A DNA stretch of 64,000 nt, taken from assembly GCA_964187785.1 (NCBI GenBank), contig OZ076409.1:65660001-65724000 (forward strand), written 5' to 3'. Position 1 is the first letter of the stretch. Each line of letters starts with the position of its first letter. This document shows positions 20,293-34,200 of this stretch, in pieces. Both the position numbers and the translations under genes were made by a program. Origin of the DNA: Amphiscolops sp. MND2022 (taxonomy: Eukaryota). The notes below the pieces were generated by a model that was not told the DNA's origin, did not search any database, and was given only the letters and a program-made list of their open reading frames with translations.

Positions 20293-21720
20293 TGTCCCAG
20301 GCGTCCGCCTGTGATGGCAACTTGTATTCTATTTGCCACAACTACCAAAAAGCTCTACCCAACACGATCCATTTAAATTGAAACTTTTTAAATGAACTGC
20401 ATTTGTATCTCAAAAGTCATGTAATTTATTTATTCTGAATATAAAATATCATGTAGTGATGATTTAATATTATGTAATACCGGCGCTAATTTGTACGTTG
20501 CTAGTAGATTGGACACCAAGGCGTACAGGTAGAGGAAACGCGTTCAAATGTTTTCTCGCCTGTCGCCTTGGTCTACCGGTCCAATTAACTCGCTAGCCAA
20601 TCACAGTGCAGTACTTTCTTTATTCGGTGCTGTATTATGCTGCTAGATTAAAGGGACTGAGCGGCCATATGCCGCCAGTCAACAATATCTCGGTCCACTC
20701 ATGTCGATTGGACGCTGAGGCCGTTTTTGGAATTAAAGGCGCTTGCTGGAAAGTGCTATGAATTACATAATAACCGGTGCTTTACTGTCTTATTTAGTGA
20801 ATTATCAGTCCTTAGAGGACATGTAATCTGTGCTTAATAGTGCGCCATCAATGCCTTTGATATATTTCATGCAATTAGAAAATGTTGAAATACATGTAGT
20901 TTATTGCGTTCATACATGTATGTCGTTGCTTGTCCGCATGGACCTTCAGTCTTCCCGCCACAATAACTGTCGGGAATTATTATTAGAAAATGATGATCAA
21001 TATTATGCGTGTCATGTAGTTTGTTATATATATATAGCGGAGACATTTAGTCCCGGGACACAAGAAGTTTGACCTTACTACATGCTTGTTACTTGATACT
21101 GAGTAATCTCACACTGAATTTGCAAGCCTGAGAACTTAATTTAAATTCTTACCTCTTGCAATAATCTCTTATGCCTTCTACTAGACGACAAAAAGCGAAA
21201 GCTAGGAAATCTAGGGAAATGGACATGATGTCCGACTTTGAAAACTTAGATGTGATGCTGGGAAATAACAATAATAATCCCATAGAAAGAGAATTAGCTG
21301 AAGCTATAGATCAGTCGTCGGCCCATGGGGACGCTGATACACACACGTACCTAGAAAATGAATATAGAGATTATCAGCATGAAAATGATGTACTGAGACA
21401 AAATGAAATCAAGCACTCCTTTGAAACATTCTCGAATGAGTTTAATCTCAGATTGTCTCAAGAAATGGATTCTATGATGTCAATGATGCATAATCAAATA
21501 AATAGAGCTGTCACAACAGCTATAAATGAAAGAGTCATTCCAGAGATCCAAAACATTGCTAGTTCCATGTCCTCTGCTGGGCACAGGGACACTGAGGCCA
21601 GTTCGTCCCCGAATAGCCAGGAAAACAGGGAAAGCGTATCTGGGCCTAAAATAAAAATTGCAAAGAAGGATTCACGATCTGTAGGAGATCTAAGAGAGAC
21701 CCTAGGTCAGAGTTCTCACA
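20293..21720 (+). repeat. 5' LTR of element B (1428 bp; lacks 80 bp present in the 3' LTR)
   Basis: Direct repeat of 53642-55149; TG...CA ends; TATA-like (TA)n near 21025. Confidence 0.95.
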
Positions 21721-22859
21721 TGGTGACAGGAGCTATTGACACCCAACAGCAGATTCCTGAATTCCTGACTGGACGAATCCACTCAATCCCGAACCTCCAG
21801 AGGCAACATTCCAACCACAATGTCTCTCTAGACGCGACTCTGCCAGCCCCAGACCCCGAGGTCCCAGAGCCACAGCAGGACCCGTTCAACAGATTGGCTG
21901 ATGTATTAGTCAATTTGCAAAATAAACCACAAACTATGACCATTAGACCTGTCCAAACAACTCCAATGACGTTTGACGGAAAAAGCGAAAAATTTGAGCT
22001 TTTTGAGGACTTGTTCCACACGATGATCAAAATGCAACCTGCAATGACAGAACAGATGAAAATCAACCATTTCCATTCATTGCTACGAAAAGGGGCATTA
22101 CAGACATTTAGGAACATAAACTCCATCAACCGTCAGACTCTGGAAGACGTACTGGTCATATTCCGGAGAAAGTACGTTAAACCGGAATCCCAAGCGACGG
22201 CAAAACACAAATGGCATCGACTGACGTTCGACCCAAATACCATGAAATTGCCGGACTTCTTGGAAGAACTGAACCAAGGAGCTGAAAAAGCTTTTGGTGA
22301 AAATGCAAAAAGCATGATTGACAGTTTGTTATATGCGAAACTTCCACCAAAATTAAAACGATCTGTCAACATGGCCCGGTTGGAGAACGGGACGTATGAA
22401 GAAATAGTCGCTCATCTTGAAAGAGAGCTAGAACTTAATGCATTAGAAGAGTTCGATGACTTGCCAATGGCCACTATGGCCTCGGCGTCAACAAACCAGA
22501 GCAACTTGCTTTCTACCGGCATCAACACCAACAAAGACGCTCAATGCTCCTATTGCAAGGCAACCGGACATTTTTACAAAAGCTGTCCTAAACTCAAGAA
22601 AAAGAAAGAAATGGAGGAAAAAGATGGCAAAAAACCACAGCGTCCTACTTACCCAACTTGTGACACATGTGGGAAAAAGAACCATTCAACTGAAAAATGT
22701 TGGCAAGGCGCAGGTGCCCACCTGCGTCCCAAGAGGTTACAAGCGGAGCAAAAAGATCCAAATGCCTCAACTTCAGAAAGCAAACCTAAAACACCAGGTG
22801 ACACGACGACCACCAGCTCAAGCCAATCCAATATCAAAAAGACAGATCCAAAAAACTAA
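21171..22859 (+). CDS. gag: Gag of element B (562 aa; starts inside the LTR)
   Basis: Capsid core near-identical to A; CCHC knuckles CSYCKATGHFYKSC and CDTCGKKNHSTEKC; ends at slippery A AAA AAC TAA (22850-22859). Confidence 0.93.
   Translation: MPSTRRQKAKARKSREMDMMSDFENLDVMLGNNNNNPIERELAEAIDQSSAHGDADTHTYLENEYRDYQHENDVLRQNEIKHSFETFSNEFNLRLSQEMDSMMSMMHNQINRAVTTAINERVIPEIQNIASSMSSAGHRDTEASSSPNSQENRESVSGPKIKIAKKDSRSVGDLRETLGQSSHMVTGAIDTQQQIPEFLTGRIHSIPNLQRQHSNHNVSLDATLPAPDPEVPEPQQDPFNRLADVLVNLQNKPQTMTIRPVQTTPMTFDGKSEKFELFEDLFHTMIKMQPAMTEQMKINHFHSLLRKGALQTFRNINSINRQTLEDVLVIFRRKYVKPESQATAKHKWHRLTFDPNTMKLPDFLEELNQGAEKAFGENAKSMIDSLLYAKLPPKLKRSVNMARLENGTYEEIVAHLERELELNALEEFDDLPMATMASASTNQSNLLSTGINTNKDAQCSYCKATGHFYKSCPKLKKKKEMEEKDGKKPQRPTYPTCDTCGKKNHSTEKCWQGAGAHLRPKRLQAEQKDPNASTSESKPKTPGDTTTTSSSQSNIKKTDPKN
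21721..21732 (+). other. Primer binding site of element B
   Basis: TGGTGACAGGAG abutting the LTR end. Confidence 0.9.
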
Positions 22860-25800
22860 TTTTGCCACGACTCCAAATACATGACTATATGTCGGTTCGA
22901 CAGTATGTCATTTCAGACCCTCCAATTATAACATTCCGACACTATATAAAGGATACCACAGGCACCCCATCCGTCGTCTGGCAGCAACAGATGGAGAAAG
23001 CCTGCATCAAAACCTATAAACAAGTACACAACGATCGCCCAGACCGATTTTACGAAACTGACTATACTAAAGACTTTGAGACTCAATTCCGTCCCTTACC
23101 ATTGGTCGAAGACTACCATCCTCAATACATTGACGCTGAGTATGGCAAAGATCCGTATTGGGATGATGAATTATATGACAAACGAAATCTCCAATTCCGG
23201 AACGAAGACTATCCCCCAACAGACGATGAGGACGATCCCCAAATAGATGACACTAAACTCTCTAGGGCCCTCATTGAACTTTGGCAACCAAATTCTGAAG
23301 CAATCTCAAGAGAAATAGGGGAAACTCAAGAGCAAGAAGATCACCAAGACCCCAATAGCCTCCTGGATGAAACAGCCTTCTTGCATATTTTAGTGGAACA
23401 ACAAGGTGAACCATCATACGTTCCTCTTTCCACTAATCTTGGACTTAAAATTAAAAGGCGGATGTTATATTTTCCAATGGACTTTGGAGAACTAACGTTA
23501 GATGGACTCATAGACACTGGGGCCCACTCCAGCGCAATCCCAGAAGCAGACCTCAGGAAAATACGGCTATTAGCGCCTCAATCCATAGTCAAAGAGGGAC
23601 CTGCCCCATCTTTCCAAATCATGGTCGCAAATGGTGACCTAGAGACTCCCAAAAGCACAGTGGAATTGAAATTTGAAGTAGGGGACATTGAGTTCCATGA
23701 GATCTTCATTGTGATGGAAAAACTATCCAGCCCCATAATTGGACTTATGTTCTTACAAAGAAATCACACAGTCCTAGATATGCGCCAAGGCATACTCAAC
23801 TTCCCCTTTTTCTCGATGCAATTGAAAACGGCTGACCACAAATACTCGAACGTCATGGAGCCCATCCTCAATCCTGAGGATGCCACAATTCCACCAAATG
23901 ACCGTACAATCATCTCCATTCAATCCAGAATTTACGCAGAAAATGCTGTCACTGGGATTTTACAGCCCAGTGAACATCTAAATGAAGAAAATGATATAAC
24001 CTTCTGCGCTGCCATAATTACACTCGATGAAGGGACCACGAGGATACACATTAATAATTTTACTGACCAACCCTACAAACTCAAGAAGGGGATGCATATA
24101 GCCAACTTCTCAGTAATGACGCCAGAGCAGATGAAACACGTCAGGCCAATAGACCCAGTGTCCACATGGCACCTCCTCAATGAAAATGAAGAAGATGCTG
24201 TTCAATATATCAGCAGCCTTCTGAAAGCCAACAGGAATAACGACCAATATGAACAATATTGGTTCCCAACTCCTGAGAACCCGGGGGACGAAGCGTCCCA
24301 CACGCCAATACAAAAACGAATACTCAGAGAATTGCGAAATTTGCAAGAGGCAGAAAGCCTCAATCCTCAAGAAAATGAAGAATCTCGGCAAAAATTCCTC
24401 AGTAATTTTGATTGGAAAGACTCAATGCTACAACAGCATGAAATCAAACAAATAGAAGCTCTCTTAGTGGAATTTCATGACATATTTGCACGTCATAGAT
24501 TTGATATTGGGATGAACGAGGAGTTCACGGTCAAATTGACCCCGAAGGACGACTCACCCGCATACAGCCAGAGCTTACCGACTCCAATAAATTTAAAAGA
24601 GGATATCCTAGTTGAGCTGGCATTACTCCACAAATACGGTATTATAACTACTTTACCGTTCTCAAAATATGCCAGTCCTATTTTCGCACAAAAGAAGCCT
24701 AATGGGAAGCTACGATTATTAGTAGACCTCAAGAAGATCAATAATTTGATTTCTGATGATTATATTAATAACAACCACCCAGTTAGTACCTTGACGGACG
24801 CTGCGCAACACATGGCCGGGAAGAAACTTTTTTGCAAACTTGATTGCTCACAGGCGTACCACTGCCTCCAAATGGCAGACCAAAGGTCTATTGAAATGCT
24901 GGCCTTCAATTTCGCCAGCAGAACTTTCGCTTACAGACGATTGGCCCAAGGACTCAGTAGAGCCCTGTCGGCTTTCTCTAGCTTCATGAGGGAATACTTG
25001 GACCGCGTTATCAAGGCAGACCAATGTGCGCAATATGTCGACGACATTGGCATAGCAGCAAATGATGCCGAACATTTGATCAAAAACCTCCGAGCCACAT
25101 TTGAATGCATAAGAGAGGCTGGATTAAAACTCACAATGCACAAATGTCATTTTGGCGCAACAGAAATTGACTTTCTGGGAAGAACAATCACCCCAGAGGG
25201 CGTCAAGCCTCAAAAGGAAAGTATCACAAACTTCCTAGAAAAAACTAAATTTCCGAAATCCAAAAAAGCCTTGCAAAGATATCTCGGTTTCCTCAATTAT
25301 TACAGAAACTACATACCGAGACTATCAGAAAAATTGGTTCCCTTCTTTCAACTACTTAAGAAGGACGAGAAGGTCTTAGTCACATCAGAGCTAATCGAAC
25401 AATTCAACGAAATCAATAGAGACCTGGACCGGTGTAGCCAATTAGCCTTGAGGCAACCACTGCCGAATCGACAGCTAGTCCTGATGACAGATGCCAGTTT
25501 TACGGCAGCAGGATACGCTATACTCACTGAAGACGATCCAAACCAGAAATTCACCTCAGTCAAGAAATCCTATGCACCTATTGCTTATGGTTCGAAAACT
25601 TTTATTCCTTCCCAACTCAAAATGTCGATATATGCGAAAGAATTTCTCGCTATATATTATGCATTTAAAGAATTCGGACATATATTCTGGGGGACACCTA
25701 AACCGGTAATTATCCTTACAGACAACAAATCGGTCACAAGGTTCTTCCAGACCAAGATCATACCGCCGCCATTATGGAATGCCTGTGATTTCGTCATCCA

Positions 25801-27957
25801 GTTCAACTTTATAATAGCCCACATTCCAGGCAAGAATAATACAGCGGCAGACTACTTGTCCCGTATGGAAATGGAACCGACCGAAAAGTTAGTTTTGAAA
25901 ATTCGTGCAGACGTTGAAACACAGCCTATTGAAGTCAACGTGCAGTCGGCCGGTGTGTCCGAAGAGGAACAAGTGTTCTTTACTGAGGAAGATAATGAAA
26001 CGGAAGAACAAATCTGGGAACGAAAACGACAATCAAAAGCAGGACTCAAAGTCCCGGAGACTGTCATCCAAATTGATGCCATATCCGAAAATATCGTCGA
26101 AGAAATTACTAATTTCACCCAGAAGCTCCGTAGAACTAATCAAATACTGCTAGAGCAATCCAAAGACCCGATATTACTTCAATTAAAGGCAAAAATTCAG
26201 AATGAAGAATACTCTGAGGAGATCCTCCAACAGGACATCAGGTATAGACATTATTTGAATAATCTAGACCGAATAGTCCTCAAAGACGAAATTGTCACAA
26301 GGAAATACTATGACGAAACAGGCCAAATTAAACACCACCAGATATTACTGCCCAAACACTTGTTAAAAGAATTACTGCAAGCAATACATGGCACGGCCCA
26401 TAAACACCCGGGCATATCCAAAATGTTACAAGAAATTCGCCAAAAATACTACTACCCTGGGATAGCCAAACATGTTAAAAAATGGGTAGAAGGCTGTGAG
26501 ACGTGTGCCAGAGACAAAGGGTCCCTAACAATACAATCACGCCAGAATTGTTAAATTTGCCCGAGTGGGACCTAGGTCCCGAAGATGCCATGCAGATCGA
26601 CTTACTACCAAATCTACCGACTAGTGGAGGATACCAGACAGTGATGACGGCTATTGATATATTTTCAAGATACCTATTCGCCTACCCGCTAATTGAGGCA
26701 ACAGCCACGAATGTAGCCAAGGTGATAATTGACATAATGACGAAACATTCATATTTGCCAACAACTCTCATCACAGACAAGGGGTCCGCATTTACATCGA
26801 CCATCATAGCTGAGATAACTCAAATTTTGGGCATAACACTCAAATGCGCAACTACAAAGCACCCGCAAACAATCGGCAAGCTGGAAAGGACGCATGCCTC
26901 ACTCAAAACCAATTTGAAAATGGCCTCAGGAGAGTATCGACGCCAATGGCATAAATACCTGCCATTAGCAGTACTCAACTATAATACCACATATCACTCC
27001 AGTATTGGATGTGAACCGAGTAAAGTCTTTCATGGCCGAATTCCTTTTAACGTCCTAGATCACAAATTGGGGAACAATCCCAATAAAAATTTCATGCCAA
27101 CTACAGACTTTGCGGAAGAAGTGCAACAGCGGACACAAATCCTCCTTGATCAGACCAAAAAGAACATAATGCAGTCCTACCTAAAGTATAAGGACTACTA
27201 CGACCGAAAGGCCAAAGCGGCTCCGCTTAAAGAAAACGATTATTGTTTTATCCTACAACCTAAAGCGGACAGTCAAGCATCAAAGATCCCATTCAGGGAA
27301 TACAGGTGGATTGGCCCCTTTGTCGTTCAGACAGTACTGTCCAATGACAATTATATTGTGCGTCGATTAAATACAAATAAAACACAAATACTACATCGCA
27401 TTAGATTAAAGAAATTCGTACCAAATGCCCCCTTAGAGGACAAATATGAAGGTGAAAAATTACAGCCCGACAATGAGATAGTAATACCACAAGACGACTT
27501 GTATTCCATCTCATGGGAAGTGGATTTTGAGTACGACTTATTTGAACCGAGAAAGGAAGATTGGACCGACGTGGCCACACGCCGGCCGACCGACACCGAG
27601 GACGGCAGTGCGGATCATTACGTCATTGAAAATGAACGCAGCAGCGCGAGCGAAAATGAAAGCCGCTCCGAACGAAATAACGAGGATGACGTCACCGAGA
27701 ATGAAATATGGCCAACAAAGAAGAATAACAGTGACGAATCGTCCCCGCTGAACGAAACGCCATATGAGAACGACAATCAAAATGACGTCACTAATGATTT
27801 CAAAAATACGGAAAGCGTTTCAAACAGAGGCGCAGATATTACCGTGCCCGGAATATCGGAAAAAGAAAGCTTTGAAGAAAACTCTAGCCCTAGAGGAGGG
27901 AGATATAACCTTCGACCTAACCCCAACCCCAACTTTACTGATGAATACAGATACTAG
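22856..27957 (+). pseudogene. pol: Pol of element B, frameshifted in the integrase N-terminal region
   Basis: ORFs 22862-26554 and 26503-27957 together match A pol. GACAAAGGGTCCCT at ~26513-26526 lacks one base relative to the KDKRVP frame of A. Confidence 0.92.
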
Positions 27958-28192
27958 CCAGAAATTTGAATTACTAGTCCCCTCTTTATTTTGACTATTG
28001 GTCCATGAGGACATTCATTTTTTACTTGGGACTTTCTGACTTACTTTGTTACTCGAAATAATTATGTACAATAAAGAAGACTTAGTGGCGAATAATACAA
28101 AGCCACGCCCAAACAAAACAACAAACAGATGAAATAAATATAAAGCAGTTTACAACAAGTACAGTCTAGAAACAAATGTACTCTTTGTACAT

Positions 28193-28898
28193 TTAGGATT
28201 TAGAAGTTCCGGGAGCGTTCACATCACTGGACTTTCCGGCTTCAGTTTCACTAGCTACCCGAAAGCCAACTTTCTTGCCTTTACCCGGGGACAGCTTACG
28301 TTGTTTCCCCCCTTCTTTAGACGAGGAATTGGAAGCGGACTCGATGTCAGGACGGACACTCTTGCCCAGAGCTTTGTAAACTGCGATTAAGGTTTTATGC
28401 AAATTAGCTTTGCCGAAACTGTCTACGTGCGACCAAGGGTCTCCTGGGACGTTGCCAATACTGAATCGGAATTCCAGATCTTTGAATGTACCCAAGGAAG
28501 CTTCTGTAGTGCACACAGCCACTGAATTTGCCACATTAGCTAGGTAAGACTGTGCAGGCATGATCACATCGAAAAGTCTACTTCGGGGATCATTGCAATC
28601 AACTCCAGGGAATTTGATGGCTGGGAGCTCTGGCAACTTAGAAGTCAGGCACAGACAACTCAACTGGAAGATGTAGAACAGATGTTTCCGCAACTTCAAT
28701 TCAGGCATACCAATCAGAAAGGCTACCATGTCGGTGAAGACCTCTGGGGTATCCTTGACTCCAGAGTTGGCTTGACGGAAGTACTCCACGAAATCGACGT
28801 ACTCGTCTCGGGCATCGGTCTCTGGGGAATTCTCTAACCAGCCTCGCAAACTAAAGGATCGGTACAGAGCGGAGAAACAATATGTGGCTTGCTCAAGC
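28193..28898 (-). pseudogene. Duplicated 3' fragment of the B antisense gene (retains the ancestral C-terminus ...PGTSKS)
   Basis: Near-identical to 31245-31949; truncated at the duplication junction. Confidence 0.85.
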
Positions 28899-28899
28899 T

Positions 28900-31009
28900 C
28901 AGACTACTTGTCCCGTATGGAAATGGAACCGACCGAAAAGTTAGTTTTGAAAATTCGTGCAGACGTTGAAACACAGCCTATTGAAGTCAACGTGCAGTCG
29001 GCCGGTGTGTCCGAAGAGGAACAAGTGTTCTTTACTGAGGAAGATAATGAAACGGAAGAACAAATCTGGGAACGAAAACGACAATCAAAAGCAGGACTCA
29101 AAGTCCCGGAGACTGTCATCCAAATTGATGCCATATCCGAAAATATCGTCGAAGAAATTACTAATTTCACCCAGAAGCTCCGTAGAACTAATCAAATACT
29201 GCTAGAGCAATCCAAAGACCCGATATTACTTCAATTAAAGGCAAAAATTCAGAATGAAGAATACTCTGAGGAGATCCTCCAACAGGACATCAGGTATAGA
29301 CATTATTTGAATAATCTAGACCGAATAGTCCTCAAAGACGAAATTGTCACAAGGAAATACTATGACGAAACAGGCCAAATTAAACACCACCAGATATTAC
29401 TGCCCAAACACTTGTTAAAAGAATTACTGCAAGCAATACATGGCACGGCCCATAAACACCCGGGCATATCCAAAATGTTACAAGAAATTCGCCAAAAATA
29501 CTACTACCCTGGGATAGCCAAACATGTTAAAAAATGGGTAGAAGGCTGTGAGACGTGTGCCAGAGACAAAGGGTCCCTAACAATACAATCACGCCAGAAT
29601 TGTTAAATTTGCCCGAGTGGGACCTAGGTCCCGAAGATGCCATGCAGATCGACTTACTACCAAATCTACCGACTAGTGGAGGATACCAGACAGTGATGAC
29701 GGCTATTGATATATTTTCAAGATACCTATTCGCCTACCCGCTAATTGAGGCAACAGCCACGAATGTAGCCAAGGTGATAATTGACATAATGACGAAACAT
29801 TCATATTTGCCAACAACTCTCATCACAGACAAGGGGTCCGCATTTACATCGACCATCATAGCTGAGATAACTCAAATTTTGGGCATAACACTCAAATGCG
29901 CAACTACAAAGCACCCGCAAACAATCGGCAAGCTGGAAAGGACGCATGCCTCACTCAAAACCAATTTGAAAATGGCCTCAGGAGAGTATCGACGCCAATG
30001 GCATAAATACCTGCCATTAGCAGTACTCAACTATAATACCACATATCACTCCAGTATTGGATGTGAACCGAGTAAAGTCTTTCATGGCCGAATTCCTTTT
30101 AACGTCCTAGATCACAAATTGGGGAACAATCCCAATAAAAATTTCATGCCAACTACAGACTTTGCGGAAGAAGTGCAACAGCGGACACAAATCCTCCTTG
30201 ATCAGACCAAAAAGAACATAATGCAGTCCTACCTAAAGTATAAGGACTACTACGACCGAAAGGCCAAAGCGGCTCCGCTTAAAGAAAACGATTATTGTTT
30301 TATCCTACAACCTAAAGCGGACAGTCAAGCATCAAAGATCCCATTCAGGGAATACAGGTGGATTGGCCCCTTTGTCGTTCAGACAGTACTGTCCAATGAC
30401 AATTATATTGTGCGTCGATTAAATACAAATAAAACACAAATACTACATCGCATTAGATTAAAGAAATTCGTACCAAATGCCCCCTTAGAGGACAAATATG
30501 AAGGTGAAAAATTACAGCCCGACAATGAGATAGTGATACCACAAGACGACTTGTATTCCATCTCATGGGAAGTGGATTTTGAGTACGACTTATTTGAACC
30601 GAGAAAGGAAGATTGGACCGACGTGGCCACACGCCGGCCGACCGACACCGAGGACGGCAGTGCGGATCATTACGTCATTGAAAATGAACGCAGCAGCGCG
30701 AGCGAAAATGAAAGCCGCTCCGAACGAAATAACGAGGATGACGTCACCGAGAATGAAATATGGCCAACAAAGAAGAATAACAGTGACGAATCGTCCCCGC
30801 TGAACGAAACGCCATATGAGAACGACAATCAAAATGACGTCACTAATGATTTCAAAAATACGGAAAGCGTTTCAAACAGAGGCGCAGATATTACCGTGCC
30901 CGGAATATCGGAAAAAGAAAGCTTTGAAGAAAACTCTAGCCCTAGAGGAGGGAGATATAACCTTCGACCTAACCCCAACCCCAACTTTACTGATGAATAC
31001 AGATACTAG
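28900..31009 (+). pseudogene. pol: Duplicated pol fragment (RNase H tail plus integrase) with the same frameshift
   Basis: ORFs 28884-29606 and 29555-31009 repeat the translation of 25848-27957. Confidence 0.9.
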
Positions 31010-31244
31010 CCAGAAATTTGAATTACTAGTCCCCTCTTTATTTTGACTATTGGTCCATGAGGACATTCATTTTTTACTTGGGACTTTCTGACTTACTTTG
31101 TTACTCGAAATAATTATGTACAATAAAGAAGACTTAGTGGCGAATAATACAAAGCCACGCCCAAACAAAACAACAAACAGATGAAATAAATATAAAGCAG
31201 TTTACAACAAGTACAGTCTAGAAACAAATGTACTCTTTGTACAT

Positions 31245-34200
31245 TTAGGATTTAGAAGTTCCGGGAGCGTTCACATCACTGGACTTTGCGGCTTCAGTTT
31301 CACTAGCTACCCGAAAGCCAACTTTCTTGCCTTTACCCGGGGACAGCTTACGTTGTTTCCCCCTTCTTTAGACGAGGAATTGGAAGCGGACTCGATGTCA
31401 GGACGGACACTCTTGCCCAGAGCTTTGTAAACTGCGATTAAGGTTTTATGCAAATTAGCTTTGCCGAAACTGTCTACGTGCGACCAAAGGTCTCCTGGGA
31501 CGTTGCCAATACTGAATCGGAATTCCAGATCTTTGAATGTACCCAAGGAAGCTTCTGCAGTGCACACAGCCACTGAATTTGCCACATTAGCTAGGTAAGA
31601 CTGTGCAGGCATGATCACATCGAAAAGTCTACTTCGGGGATCATTGCAATCAACTCCAGGGAATTTGATGGCTGGGAGCTCTGGCAACTTAGAAGTCAGG
31701 CACAGACAACTCAACTGGAAGATGTAGAACAGATGTTTCCGCAACTTCAATTCAGGCATACCAATCAGAAAGGCTACCATGTCGGTGAAGACCTCTGGGG
31801 TATCCTTGACTCCAGAGTTGGCTTGACGGAAGTACTCCACGAAATCGACGTACTCGTCTCGGGCATCGGCCTCTGGGGAATTCTCTAACCAGCCTCGCAA
31901 ACTAAAGGATCGGTACAGAGCGGAGAAACAATATGTGGCTTGCTCAAGCGGCAGACTCAGGAGGGCTACTGGATCGAATCTGCCCAGGCCTCTTACGATA
32001 CCAGCATTCAGGCTAATGTCGGCAAGGAAGACTTTCAAAAGATGGACGAGGTAACCTCGGGCCTTGGTGGCGAAATCGTCCCGAATGGCCTCAGCTGCTG
32101 TTTCCGTCTCTTCAGGTGTCAGTTGCTTCTCACTATAAATTCTCTTGACGCGAGCATGGCATGCGGCATCCAAATTTTCTTTGAGCTTCAAGCGACTCAA
32201 GAAATCTCGATTAGACAGTTGTCGCCAATTCTGTCCTTGCAAATCGCCCAGCGACTTCCAGTCCAGGATATCAGGCACGTGTCTGGGAAGTAGTGCTCGA
32301 CCTGCCAACTTGCGGATGAAAGTATGGAACTCTCGGAAGGTGTAGAAGCCACTATCCCTTCGCTGTGCAAACTGACTCTCGAAGCTCTTGGTGTCTGGAA
32401 AACAAAACATTACCATCCTGAAGGGTCCCTATGACACCATTAGACCTAACGTGTCAATCTACTATATCTCGCATGAGCCTCAAATAGTGGTAAGAGAAAC
32501 TGAGACCATGAGGTCCGTGGACAGGAGGAAAACCAATATACTAACAATCGCGGACAATTCGTGCGAAGAACTCCAGCTTGATGGTGAAGAAATCATCAGC
32601 TATGATTTCCCACTCGAGGCTTTGGGGCTTGCTTTTGACCCCCTGGTGGACCTGTGGTGGTGCAATCTTCGTCAAATGCTGGTGCACAGACTTCCAGTTC
32701 GCAATCAGTTCCGAACATATGGCTGGTACAGCGGCAATTTCCAGGTGATAGGTAGACATCGCCTACAATCAACATGTTCATTGGAGGCAATTCAAAGCTG
32801 GACCTACAGTCTTACGGACAGTGACCTTACCTTAACGAATTCTGGCATTAGGGCGGCCCATGGCTGTCCACCGCAACCGTCCAAGAAAGTAACCAGAAAC
32901 TTCAACTGAGAGAAGAAACTGATGGTGCCAAACACGCTGCCCCATCGTTCGTGCATCAGGTCCGGCAGACAAAGTGCATCAAATCGAAAAGGGTACTCAA
33001 TCCCTTTTTGGAAGAGGCAAGAACGTTCAAGAAGAGGAATCACCTCTGCAGGACACCCAGACACGCTCACAATCTGAGGTTGTGTTGATAGGACGGACAA
33101 GAGACGGGAAAGTACCAACAGGAAACCAGCAGCAGGTTCTGAAGCAGTCCGATATCGTAGCAAACGGACGACATTAAGGGATTTGCCCTTCCAGAATCGG
33201 ATCGAAACAAAGCTGTAGGTGCCTCGCATTTCAAACTCCAGAGAGTACTGACCCGTGACACTGACTTGGTACGCGATGTCAGCGATACCACAGAGGAAGA
33301 TGTGATGAAAGATCGTCTAAAACAAAATTAACTAGGATGAAAATGCATCGAGGCTACGTTAGGGCTAAAGGACCCTGAGACTAGAAGTCGCCAATACTTA
33401 CTGTCAGTTTGGAGGAGCCCCAATCGTAAGGAGAGAACAGACTCTGATGGTTGGTTACAGTGCCAATCTGTGACCATAACGACTCAAGAACGTTTAGATC
33501 TCCACAACGAGGAGCGAAGAGAGCAACCATAGAGATTTGGACGCACAGTCTGATCTCCTCCTGCCCAGCGATGGAGCCCAGGCAGGCCATATGATCCTCG
33601 TAGAAGGGGTTGCTGCTGCCAGTTTCAACCAAGGGAACTTGCATGAAGAAGGGCTTCTCTTTCTCAAGTTCTAAGGGAGTCAACAATTGGCCCTTCTTCC
33701 CTCTGACTTCGTGCACAATCCGGCCAGTCACCTTGTCTTTCTTCCTTAAGTGTTCGTATCTCCAGCGCTGATCTTTGCGGAAATGCGACTCACACTGGAA
33801 ATGGCGGACGATCTCCCGAGCTCCTTTTGAAAAAATGGAAACGTTCGTCTTGCATATTTGGCAGTAGAACTTATGTTTATTATGCTCTGGGTCGAGGGGG
33901 CCGGCGACGAATGTGCGAGTCCACTGGATTCCTTTGAAATAGGCCTCTTTCATTATTTTGCCTGTGCGTCCAGGAAGCCGACGACGTTTGGGAGGTGGAC
34001 TTGAGGCAGAAGCTTGGTCAGTGGTCAATGTGGCTAAGGGCTCATAGTCGGTTGAGCAGAATCCTGGACTAGGGACTTGTTGTGCAGATGATGGTCCAGG
34101 TGTTGAAGTCGAACTTTGATCTGGAGGGCTTGGAGGGGGATTGATGTTCAGATCCTTGCCAGTTCTTTGCGAATTGATGACAAACTCATCTTCCGAACTG

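Larger units (their letters stand above)
25848..31949 (+). repeat. Internal tandem duplication in element B (copy 1 25848-28898, copy 2 28900-31949)
   Basis: 3052-bp offset of identical ORFs (26503/29555); about 5 substitutions and a 1-bp indel seen between the copies. Confidence 0.95.

Noticed and set aside
26503..26554. Programmed frameshift separating integrase in B
   Set aside because: A and C are continuous here and there is no canonical slippery heptamer; best explained as a 1-bp deletion
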